Assembly: GCA_002104905.1 (NCBI GenBank)
Contig: MCFE01000040.1
Coordinates: forward strand, 1 to 64,000
Direction: 5' to 3'
DNA length: 64,000 nucleotides
Origin: Basidiobolus meristosporus CBS 931.73
Lineage: Eukaryota; Fungi; Basidiobolomycota
Shown: positions 12,115 through 23,118 of the stretch, piece by piece
How positions within the stretch are numbered: the stretch's first letter is position 1
Layout: every line of letters starts with the position of its first letter
Made by a program: the position numbers and the translations under genes
Notes under the pieces: generated by a model
Told to the model about the DNA's origin: nothing
Seen by the model: only the letters and a program-made list of their open reading frames with translations
The model's database searches: none

Positions 12115-15100
12115 AGCTAAATGTTCATACTGACTAGTCCTAATTTTGACCTAAGATATTCAAACTTGTCTCTAGGTAATGGTTTGGTGAGTATGTCTGC
12201 AATCATTTCATCTGTAGGACAGTAATCTAAGCTAACTAAGTTATTCTCTATAGCTTCACGTAAGAAATGATGTCTAATATCTATGTGCTTGGTTCTAGCA
12301 TGAAAAGTTGGATTTCTACCTAATTGTATACATCCGTGATTATCTTGAAATAAAGTAATAGGTGTTTGTTGACATAGGCCTAAATCTGTAAGGAGCTTTC
12401 TTAACCACATTGCTTCTTTTGTAGCTTCACAGGCTGCCATATACTCTGCCTCCTCAGTAGAAAGTGCTACGGTTGGTTGCTTTCTTGAATTCCATGAAAT
12501 TGCTCCTTTACAGTAAAGAAAGGTGTATCCTGTAGTGGATCTTCTGTCTTCCAAATTTTGTCCCCAATCAGCATCAGAGTATCCCACAAGATCCTGTTCT
12601 GAATCCTTATAAGTGTATCTTAAGCAGATATCAGCAGTTCCTTTTAGGTACCTAAAAATCCCGCTTAACTGCTGCAATATGATCAGATCCATGATTCTGA
12701 TTATGTTGGCTGACTACTCCCACTGAATATGAGATATCTGGACGTGTTCCAAGCATGATATACATCAGACTGCCGACCATAGATCAAAAAGGAAAGTGAG
12801 GGCTTTCAGATGGCACCAAGCTCTCTTGATTTGGTTGAGTTTTGACCAAGTTAAGGCTTGTCTCCATTGGGGTAGCTGCCAGTTTACAGTCTTCCATTTT
12901 GTACTTCTTTAGTATATCTTGAATATACTTGGATTGGCTTAGGGTAATAGTCTGGGTACTTATGTCTATGGAGAACTTAATCCCTAAGTAGTAACTAAGT
13001 TCTCCTAGATTGGACATCTTGAACTCCTTAGATAGGCTGGATTTAGTCTCTTCCAATGTTTCTAGGTTATTGGCGGCTATAATAAGTTCATCCACATATA
13101 GAGCTAATAGAACTGTATTTGCTCTATCTGGCTTATAGTATATACTATAGTCAGCATTACTTCTTTTGAAACTCAAAGATTCCAAATAAAAATCTATCTT
13201 GCAATTCCAGGCTCTTGGTGATTGTTTGAGACCATATAGTGACTTTTTAAGCTTGCAGACCAAATGGGGGTTATCTTGGTCAACAAACCCATCAGGCTGG
13301 TCCATATACACGTCCTCATCAAGTTCACCATTCAAAAATGCAGTTTTTACATCCATATGATGAATAAAAAACTTATATTTGGCTGAAATAGCCAATATTA
13401 ATCTGATGGAATTAAATTTGGCTACCGGTGCAAAGGTCTCAGTATAGTCAAGTCCTTTTGTTTGAGAGTATCCTTTGGCTACAAGTCTTGCTTTGTATCT
13501 TTCAATTGTACCATCAGCCTTGTATTTTGTCTTGAAGACCCATCTGCATCCAATTGATTTTCAGTTGATTGGTAATTTGACCAAGTCCCAAGTTTGATTT
13601 TCCATCAGTGCCTGATATTCCTCAGTCATTGCAGATCTCCAAAACTTTGTCTGAGGGCTATTTAGGGCCTCTTTTACAGTCTGGGGTTCATCAATATGGA
13701 CTGAATAGGCATAGGCTAAGTTTGTACCCTCATTAATATAGTAATTTGGGCTATTTCTTGTCCGATTGGATCTCCGGGCATTTGACACTGGAATGATCAC
13801 TTCTGGGATATTCTTTGGCACTGATTCTGGCTGAACCATGGTTGTAGAGTCCTCTGGAGTGAAAAAATTCTCATTGTTTTGCTCTGATTCAATCCTGACA
13901 ATTGGTGGACTTGAGATCAAATTTTTGTCATCATCTGATGTCATTTTTTGTGAAAATTTTGAATTTTCATCAAACAACACATCCCTGGACTTGATCAGCT
14001 TCTTTGCTTTGGTATTGTAGAGTCTGTATGCCTTACTCTCATTGCAGTAGCCCAAAAATATGCATTTTAAACTTTTTGGCTCAAATTTTGACTGATTTCC
14101 GGCCAGTTTTTTGGCATATGCTTTACACCCAAATATTCTTAGATGTTCTGCACTTGGTCTGTATCCATACCATGCTTCAAATGGAGTAGAATCACGAAGT
14201 ATTCTGTTATAACTCCTATTTTTAAGATAAACAGCAGTGGCAACTGATTCCACCCAAAAATCATAGGATAATTTTTGATCATGGATCATAGATCTTGCCA
14301 TATCAATTATTGATCTGTTAGCTCGTTCTGCTACTCCATTTTGCTGTGGGGAGTATGGTACAGTAGTCTCTTGCTTTATCCCATGAATTTTGCAGAAGTG
14401 GATGAAGAGTTTTGAGGTATATTCTCCACCATTGTCAGAGCATATTTTCTTGATTTTTTCACCAGTTTCTCTCTCCACCTTGGCTTTAAACTCCCTGAAC
14501 TTAGACAGAGCTTCTTCCTTTCTCTCCATGAAGTAGACCCATGTGTATCTTGTATAATCATCAATAAAAGTGATTAAATACTTCATCCTGCCTAAGGATA
14601 AATTTTGCATAGGTCCACACAGATCTGAGTGAATTAGATCTAATTTTTTCTTAGTTTTGATTAACCCAGAGCTCTTGAACGGTTGTCTGGCTTGTTTCCC
14701 ATATATGCAGGCTTCACAGTGCTCCAAATTAGCTGGGGGATCAATTTACACTCCAGAAATTAGCTGATCTTTGATCATTTTACTCAAATAATCAAAATTG
14801 ATGTGTTCAAATCTCCTGTGCCAAAGCATTGGTGTTTCTTCATTTAAGTTACTTATATTGGCTTCCAAATATGATGGAATATAAGTCAACTTGTCTAGAT
14901 TCTGATCTCTGATGCCCAAAGCAATATGGGCACCATTTTGATCAGTGATCCTGCATCCAGAATTGTCAAAACTGAAACTGAGCCTTCTGCTGTGGCCTTG
15001 CTTACAGAGTGTAGGTTCTTGGCTATTTCTGGTACAAAGAGTACTTCTTTAAAGATCAGTGTATGGCTTCCTTCACTGCTTCTAAGGTTTACTTGGATAG

Positions 15101-15519
15101 TTCCTTCTCCCACTGCATCAAGTATTCTATTGTCACCCATTAAAGCCTTCTTAAATTGGAATTTCTTGATATTGAGTAAAAAGTTCTTTTTGGTGTGTAA
15201 AGTGTTGAGAAGCTCCAGAGTCAATATACCACATCTGAGAATCCTTGTTTGTGGTCATATTTAGTGCAGATATGAATAGTCTATCTTCAGTTGTTGCAGC
15301 ATTTCCATATTCAGGCTTCTTTTGCTGATAATCTCTCTTTTTGAGACACCGGTCTGATGTGTGTCCTTTCCTTTTGCAGTAGTTGCAAAATAGGTTGCTG
15401 TTGCCTTTGTAGGGTTTTGGGTACCTCCTTTGTTGGTTATCATTGCTTATTAAAGCATTTTCTTCTTCCTTCTTATTGGCGCTTGATTTTTTTAATTCTT
15501 CATCCAGGAGCCTTCCATA

Positions 15520-16216
15520 TGTTGTATCCAAGAGAAAGTGTAATAAAACTCTTGAATGGTTTAACTGAACCAAAGGGACAATTAAGTGCAGAATCTTAGA
15601 ATTGTCAGAGAGTGGCGGAAATATTAGCAGAAAGATTCTGATCTAATATTGGTCTTGGATATAGCTGGGTTGGCTATAAAGGCAATGATATTTGTTTGCT
15701 AGGCAGGCTAGGCTTGGTGTTCTTTGGAGTGCTAGATATACTAGGCTTGGATAGAAACTAGAACGGAATTGTTGGATTCTTATTTTTGCTGAGACAGAAT
15801 CTTAATTTTGTTGAGACACACACTAAACCAAAAGGCTCAGTACACTTTATTTATACTTTTCTGATCAAGTTGAATTAGTAAGCGCCAAGGGACTGGATTG
15901 ATTGAAATCAATTTGGGTGTTCATAGGTGCATAAGATAAATGAAAATTACATCATCAATCAACTGATGTCTTGGCAACTGCACAGTGGTTGGATGGATCT
16001 CAGATGACTAATCACCTGGGAAGGCTTGGCAGATAGGTTAATAACGTGATGACCATTTGAAAATAGATCAGGTGTGATAGCTAAAAATAGATTCTGAGGT
16101 GGGATCAAATAAACTGTAACTGGGATTTGTTATGTTTGGGTTAGGGAAAATCAGTTAGGGTACTAGATTTTCAAACGGAGTAAAATTGGCAAAGTTTTAA
16201 ATGTTGATGCACAACA
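15520..16216. mobile_element. 697-bp insertion in gag, probably a solo LTR of a second family
   Basis: TGTTGT...ACAACA termini with a perfect 5-bp TSD CCATA (15515-15519 and 16217-16221). Removing it restores the gag frame LTLNYVYG-RLLDEE. No visible similarity to the 349-bp LTR. Confidence 0.88.
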
Positions 16217-16783
16217 CCATATACGTAATTTAAGGTCAAATCTTCAGTTCTGGACTCTAGGGCTGATACAAGGCCCTGAAACTTGTCTGTCAGGCTATTC
16301 AGGATGGTAACTATCACATCCTCATCAGTAGTTGGTATGCCCACAGATTCCATCTCATCTACCAGCAGGGTAATTCTGTTAATTAGATTTTTCATTTCTT
16401 CTCCTGGCAGCATCTTTGTAGTAAAGAATTTTTGTCTCAGATACATCTTCTTGGCAGCTGAACATGACTGGTAGGTGTCCTCTAATGCTTTCCAGGCATT
16501 CTTTGCCGTTTTTGCTCTTGAGCATTGAATTAGCAATTAGTCCTTAACATTAAGGCAAATGCAGTTAAAGGCACTTTGTTCTTTCTTCTGGTACTTTAAG
16601 GCTTCCTCTCCCACGTTTTTAGGAGGGCATTCTTCTCCCATGACAATATCCCAAAGGCCTCTTTCTTGTGGCAGCATCTTCATCTTCACCTTCCACACTT
16701 GGTATTTAGATCCATCCAACTTTTCAGCAGAGGGAAAAATTCCAGTAATAGCAGTAGTAAACATTGCAGAGAGTGACAGCTTG

Positions 16784-16795
16784 GGGCTCATAACC
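16784..16795 (-). promoter_or_regulatory. Primer-binding site complementary to the initiator tRNA-Met anticodon arm (Ty5/copia type)
   Basis: GGTTATGAGCCC abuts the 5' LTR. Its ATG (16791) is in frame with gag. Confidence 0.85.
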
Positions 16796-17144
16796 TGTTG
16801 TAAGAGTCTTGGAGATATTGGAAGTGATTGGGAGAACAAGTAGATTATGTGGTTTTCACTTAATGATTTATTGAATGTAAAAGTAGTATTTATACTATTA
16901 CCTGGTCTTGGCATTACAAACATGTAGAATAGATTAAGGAGGGTCCCAAGAACATGTGTGCAAAGTTTGGGGCTGTTTGGACAACTTTGAGAATTTTCAT
17001 GTTCTGGGTACCTGGCATTTTGGTGAAAATATTCTAAGTAAATCCCAACAAGGAATTTGGTCAGTATTCTCTAGGATTTGAAGGTGATGATCTAAGTGAC
17101 TAAGTTAGGTGAATATTTAGGTGGAAATACGAATTTTTACAACA
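16796..17144 (-). repeat. 5' LTR of the full-length copia element
   Basis: 349 bp, TGTTG...CAACA termini, followed in element sense by the PBS. Confidence 0.95.
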
Positions 17145-18059
17145 GTTCTAATATCTAGTAGATATTTTACAATCAAAACTTTAGGTTCTTGGCAGTGTAC
17201 TAAGTCAGAGTTCATACCATATGTATGGCCTAGGTGCAAACAGACTAACACTCAGTACACATCATACAATGATGAAATGTTCAGCTATATCTGTTGATTA
17301 ATACTCATAATATGCATGGGGCTGCTTCATAGAATCAAAGGAAGCAGCACTGTCTAGGTATTGGAGTATTTCTCACAACTCTACATTCACTTATGCAGAA
17401 TTGATGGGATATAGCAAGGAATGACTGCACCATATTCTGCACAGCAATATAGAGGGTCAGAACTTTGCAAATATATTTATGACTGATATGACAGGACATA
17501 TGATCCATGACCAAAATTATCTATAATTTTAAGGCAAAATCAGCTGCCACTGTTATATATCTTGCAAATAGGAGCTACAGCAGAGTACTTTTTTACTCAA
17601 CCTTACATGAGGCCTGGTATGCACATATGCCAGATACAATGCAACTTGAAGTATATACCTTTACAATACATTTCAAAAACTGCCAAGAAATAAGTTGAGC
17701 TTGACTCATAAGTGTAATATGTGTAATCAATGATACTGCAATGAGAGTAAAGCTCACATCCTCCTCACTGCCAAACCAGCAGAGTTGAACAAATCCAAGG
17801 ATATCTGTTTGATCAAATTCCTATTTACTTGCAAAATATGACATTATATGATGATAGATATTCAATCCCAAGCTCAACACTAATCAGGATTAAATTGATA
17901 TAATGCAATGGGAGCTTTCTACCCTGTGGGCTCTGAGAATGTGATTTAGCCTTGATCATTGCCCATAAATATCCACAAGTGATCATTTTAGTATTGCAAG
18001 GCAGAAGGTCTAAGCAGATTAGAAATAGTTTGGATTACTATATCAGTTAGAGTACAAAC

Positions 18060-18408
18060 TGTTGCAATATTCTGAGGAGTATTGGAAGTGATGTGGAGAA
18101 CTAGAGGATTTACATGTTATTCACTTGTAGATTTATTGATCAAAAATATGGTATTTATACTTTTGATAAAGTAGAGAAAACAAACGTGTCAAGTTTGCTG
18201 AGGAAGGTCCCAAGAATATGTGTGCAAAGTTTGGGGTTTTTTGGACAACTTTGAGAAAAATGATAATCTGGGTACCTGACAATTTGGTGAAAATATTCTA
18301 AGTAAATCTAGACAAGAAATCTGGTCAGGACAGAATGCTAATCACAGTATAAGATTTATGTGACTAAGTTGGAATGAATATTTAGGTGACAACTCAATAA
18401 TTACAACA
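18060..18408 (-). mobile_element. Diverged solo LTR (349 bp) with perfect TSD
   Basis: TGTTG...TTACAACA with CAAAC on both sides. Removing it restores GTACAAACTTGGCTTATGCC of the host pol remnant. Confidence 0.88.
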
Positions 18409-18468
18409 CAAACTTGGCTTATGCCTAATTAGTTCTGGCTGATGAACCTCACACAGTGAAGCAGGCTC

Positions 18469-18768
18469 CCCCAAAGAAAAAAATCAAGAAAAGGCCAGCA
18501 GAATATTCTCACAATATCAGCTGAATTCCATGTTTCTTACAACTGACAACTCCAGATATCTCTGGTACTAGCTGTTGGACAGACAAGCAGACAGGTTTCC
18601 CAAGAGGGGACTATGCCCACTAGCATTCATACCAAATTCAGCAACTAGCTGCTCACTTCTTCTATCAAAAATTGCAGCTGAAAATTCTGAACAAAATGCA
18701 CCTGCTGGATACCAGCAGAATACTGTCTAAAAATCAGATGAATTCCAGGCTTGCAAATTTTCATAGAG
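18469..18768 (+). repeat. MITE-like repeat, copy E, inserted in the old copia pol
   Basis: CCCCAAAGAAAA...TTTCATAGAG lies between VKQA and NSPQ codons that are contiguous in the young element. TC(CCC) is duplicated at the junctions, so the exact boundary and TSD length are ambiguous. Confidence 0.65.
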
Positions 18769-21430
18769 TCCCCAATAGTCCTCAGAGAAAGTTTTGGAGA
18801 TCTACTATAACTGAGGAATATCAGGCCTTCAAGGAAAATCAAACTTACTCAAGTTGCATTTAGCTGAATTGCAGTTGGTAGGTAATTTGGCAAACTCAAA
18901 AGCTTTTAGTAGCTTTTTGGTTTTTACTAATTACAGGAGTTAGACAATGCTATACCTGCTAAATCTTGGGTCAATAATTGGTAACTGACCCATGAGTCAA
19001 GTATAATCTCAATGCATATAACTAGTTTCAGTGCATCCTGTATGTTTATACTAGAAACTATACTAGGTAGATCCTAACAAAGAACTTGGGTACAAAATAA
19101 TTATCCAAGTGATAAAGCTGGTGTAAATATTTAGAGTATACAAACTATCAAGGCTGTATTACAAGAGTTGAGGGTGTTGAAAGTGACCTCAATGTTGTAA
19201 GAATATAGCAACTAACCTAGTAAAAGCAGGGAAAAGTCATGCATCACCCTTAATAGAAATGTGCTACTTGTGTGCATCTTTTTAGTGTCTTTAGGCTTAA
19301 TCCATGTACTAGTGAGAAAAATCCAGGATTACTTTTAATTGAAACTACACTTGGAAACTTGGTGATAATTTGGACTTTTAGATAGTCCCACTTGTAGGTT
19401 TATCAATTAGTCATAACTTTATAGACTTATAAAAAAATTATGATCCAAGTGTTTTGAGGAAGCTGAAGTGCATCAATAATATCAGAACACCACATCCATA
19501 GACATAAGTGCAAGTGAACGATTACCAAAATAGGCTGGGCCTAACATAAAAGTGTTCCGTATGGTTATTACACATTAGTAAAGATTGCTCTATTTTTAGC
19601 AGAAAATTGTTGGAGGGTAGGCAAGAAAATGCAGAAATTCAATTGGCGCACCTCCATTAATTTACAAAACATTCATAATTAGCTTAACAAAGCTTAAACA
19701 GCTGTGTGTACACTTTGCATTTACTTACAAAGATTGCCAGTGAGAAACAAACTTTCTTTTAATAATCCCAAATCACTTCCAAGCGAGCCCCGAAGGCTTT
19801 CGAGCTCAAATGGTTTCCCTCAATTAATACCGGTAAGCATAGAATTAGGATATATTAGTAATTAGGCGTAATACTAATTAATTGCGGCAGGGTTTATAGC
19901 AGAATGTCTTTGGAAGGAATATAGAGCTTGGGGTTTTTGATTTAAACTGGAAAATTCATCCACTAACAAGTTGTGTACCTTAGCACTACCTCTGGGAATC
20001 TACTAAACAATGGTCTTTTGTGTTAAGAGCTTGGTTTTGTCAAAGTATTCTCAGTGAGTAGCCAGCAAGTAAGCCACACTGTGGCAGTATTGTTAGGCAG
20101 CGGCGAGTAATGGCAGGCCTAGAGTAGTTGCCAGCAGATACTAGGGGTCTTTTGGACATTTGTTATGCATCTCCGCAATCCCATTGTTATTAACACAAAC
20201 TTTCGACTAGCCATCCAATCGGTGGCCAAAATGCAGCACCACTAAAACCCTAATTTATAATGGCCGCCACAATCCATTGTACTTGAATTACAGGTATTCG
20301 GCAGGATTCCAATCGTTTCTACACTTCAAACAAAAGGGCCATGAGTACACTGAAAGTTGACGATGATTAGCATTCCAAATTTAAGCAAACGTTATTTTCC
20401 AGCATGATCCTATCGTATCAGTAATCAGTAATCTGTACGATTTTGACATTTGTAGTAATATGATGATGCTAGGTCTCATGGTGATCTTGGGACTGAGCAT
20501 ATAAAGTAATCTCAAGGGAAATCAATGTATTACAATTTTAATGTTAACCGGAAGATACTTCATGTACTGTTACAAATGGATCATTATTACCGTGCGCATC
20601 TCAACTTTAAAGACGACGATAGTTCCCTCGATTGCAGTGTCGGGCTTAGTGCATACCTTAAAGGTCAATCTATACTTTGATTAATATTCAGCCGCTCATC
20701 ATTCCTTGGGCTTTTGACTCAATCATCGCCCACATACACCTCTATATGCTTATAGGGGATTCAGGAATATCCCGCTATATTTCATTCGAGAAGATTGCTA
20801 ATATATCAACTAGAATATGTAATAACAGAGCTGTTCGATTATCATGCATTTGCTTATCTATATAGAATGAGTGTTAAGCGGTTGCCATTTGCTAGGTTTC
20901 CCAGTAATCAGCGTAGGAGGAGATATATTATGTGCCTAACTGTAATTAAAGTGCCATGAGATTTAGTATTATAAATAAATCACACTTCCTTCTCAACCTC
21001 AAAAAGATAAAGTATTATGAATATGTGGGCGTATTAGCCTCTTTCTTGTGTAATAAATTACTAAAAAACAAGACTCGCAGGTCACGCAAAAAGAGTATGC
21101 TGGTTGGCCAACAATACAAAGGTTTCTCATTCTCCGTTTGATTGACATACAGTTTGTGCAATCAATTATCAATGAGGATTACCCAAGGCCGACCCTAAAG
21201 CCTACTAAAGTATTCTTTGAATGGGACCTGAAGGTATCTCCGATATTACTGTGCTACGCGAGATGGCTAGGGTACGATAAATCACCAGAGTATAAATAGC
21301 CGATCTAGGAATACGTGAGCCTTGAAGTGAACTTACTAAAATTTTTCTGGACGTTCTCCGCCTAATCAATCCTTTTCTAGTTGCTGCCACTTGTCCGTTT
21401 TTGTAAAAATAGTTCGAATCTTCACGTTTG

Positions 21431-21682
21431 ATGGGTAGAGCCCTTTTACCGCTACTTGCACTGCTGCCTATGTGTTTATCAGCTCCTTTGCTTGGATGCG
21501 AGCGACCAGAGCCTCAACGCATAGGGGTTGGCGAGAAAGCCATCGATTATGGCGCTCCGTGCAATTTGAAGGAACTGGATGCACAAGAACTGGACTTTGA
21601 GTACATATATCACTATGCCAAGCGCAGGCCGACTATCCGCAACTACTTAGAGAAGATTATCACTAACGAGGAGAGGCGTTGA
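21431..21682 (+). CDS. Orphan small secreted peptide precursor (83 aa)
   Basis: Signal-peptide-like MGRALLPLLALLPMCLS/AP, two mature-region Cys, a KRR site, and TATAAATA at 21291-21298 upstream. Confidence 0.5.
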   Translation: MGRALLPLLALLPMCLSAPLLGCERPEPQRIGVGEKAIDYGAPCNLKELDAQELDFEYIYHYAKRRPTIRNYLEKIITNEERR

Positions 21683-22392
21683 ATGTGGCGATGCGGGCAT
21701 CCCCTTAGAGTGCCGGGCCTTAAGATGCTATTGATTACCAGAATTACTGCTCGGGTCGTCCTTTCATCAGAATGCCGATACAAGCCCATTTTGTTGTGCT
21801 GACACTCAAAGACATCATCATGGTGCTTTCGGAATTTCAGATATTCATAACTAGTACATATTAGTGTCTGAAATTTCAATTCGCAAACCTGATTAATTTA
21901 TCCCCACGTACCGCATTTGAGCCTTCCCTTGGTACTTCGTTCCACAAATGAAGTTACCAAAATATGTCTGAACTCAAGCAACCGAATAAATAGCATGAAT
22001 TTTCACTTGTAGGCTCTAGATCAGGCGAAAGCCAATTACTTCATTAATGGAGGGAGTTGTTCTATTAGTTGGTGTAAGAGACATATTAACCTCGGTGTTC
22101 ATCTGGTGGTAGTAACAGAAATTGATATAGTCTACAGCTATTGAAATTTCCGCTCCAGCATGTGGAGCAGGTCATTCGGGATATCCGCAATGAGCATTCC
22201 GGACATACAGCTGAGCTTTCGTCGATTTCTGACGTGAGAAAATGCTCATTCATTCACCGTATTGCTGCTCAAACATTATCACACAAATGGAGCTCAGCGG
22301 GAACTCCCTTGTGGAGCCGCAATGAATGATTTATCAGCTTACGGGTGGGGTATAATGGTATTTTCAACATTTATATGTATATTGTTGGGGCA

Positions 22393-23118
22393 TCATTTCT
22401 TCTTGTTTGAAGCACTCACTTGGTTAGCGATGGCCATGCCACGATAGATTGCGGACCATGATTGCTTAATCAAGATCATGGGAATGATTGTCCAGAACGC
22501 ATTGATAATTACAAAGTAAAACCAGAAATACAAGGGATGAGGGTCGCAGTGAGGGGAGCCTTCAAATAGAGTAGTCAAGTAATAGAGAACACACCCGTAC
22601 AATTGGCAGATGGACACTGAGATTTGCGCCACATGGCGTCCTGGAGAGTTGGTATAGATAGCGTAGGCGACATAGAATGCCAGCGGACCATCGATGAACT
22701 GGAAAAGAGCCGAAATGAATAACGTACCCCTTTAGTCATATGTAAACAAACTTACTGCAGTTATTCTCTCCATATTAACAACGAAAGAATCGCTGCTCAA
22801 ATATCTGGAGTCCCCTTTGGAATATTCCTTCCAGACTTGACCGAACAAACCTTGATCTCCCGCTAGTGAGGCATGATAAACGGCAAAATATCCCTCCAAA
22901 AACATGTGAATGAAGCCACTGATGGTGCACCACATAAATATCATCCTGTCCTCATTGCTAATTCCTTTTCTTCTAAAGATGATGGCCAAGGCACCCACTA
23001 AAATAACACCAAAGGTCGAGAATACTACCGAAAGGATGTACCCCATTTCCAAAGTATTGGCGGCATAATGAGGCAGCAGAAGATCTCGAGGGTAGTAAGG
23101 GTGGCTTACGTTATTCAT
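22393..23118 (-). CDS. EBP: Emopamil-binding-protein family sterol delta8-delta7 isomerase, 2 exons
   Basis: Exons 23118-22756 and 22698-22393 with a 57-nt intron. Motifs HPYYP, IHMFLEGYF, WKEYSKGDSRY, MERITAFIDGP, LYGCVLYY, LYFWFYFVIINAFWTIIP and a C-terminal KKK ER-retrieval signal. Confidence 0.92.

Larger units (their letters stand above)
11757..17144 (-). mobile_element. Full-length, defective Ty1/copia (Ty5/hemivirus-type) retrotransposon
   Basis: Two 349-bp LTRs (about 11 differences by eye), PBS and PPT. Order is gag (KLDGSKY.VW, CNYCKRKGH zinc knuckle), protease (WYIDSGASQH), integrase (HSDLCGP, SDNGGEY, PQQNGVAERANR), RT (MDVKTAFLNG, LYVDE), RNase H. Inactivated by a stop at 16537, several frameshifts and an insertion in gag. 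No TSD found. Confidence 0.96.
17300..18860 (+). pseudogene. Old copia integrase/linker/RT-start remnant interrupted by a solo LTR and a MITE-like copy
   Basis: Decayed peptides TAPYSAQQ, AATVIYLANRSY, YCNESKA, TNLAYA, DEPHTVKQA and NSPQRKFWRSTITEEYQA match the young element in order. Confidence 0.75.

Noticed and set aside
11361-17149. TSD around the full-length copia element or the three-LTR composite
   Set aside because: Left flanks ATATT or GGCTA do not match the right flank GTTCT.
6567-18408. CRISPR-like reading of the repeated blocks
   Set aside because: The repeats are ~349-bp LTRs with TG...CA ends in a spliced eukaryotic genome, with no repeat-spacer periodicity.
6450-19750. Classic Neurospora-type RIP
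   Set aside because: CpA/TpG remain plentiful, and the changes I traced are mostly at CpG.
19786-19810. Small hairpin GAGC...GCTC as a Helitron end or terminator
   Set aside because: The stem is weak and no CTRR terminus follows at the expected distance.
21405-21425. GTTCGAATC resembling a tRNA T-loop
   Set aside because: No acceptor stem, D-arm or A-box around it.
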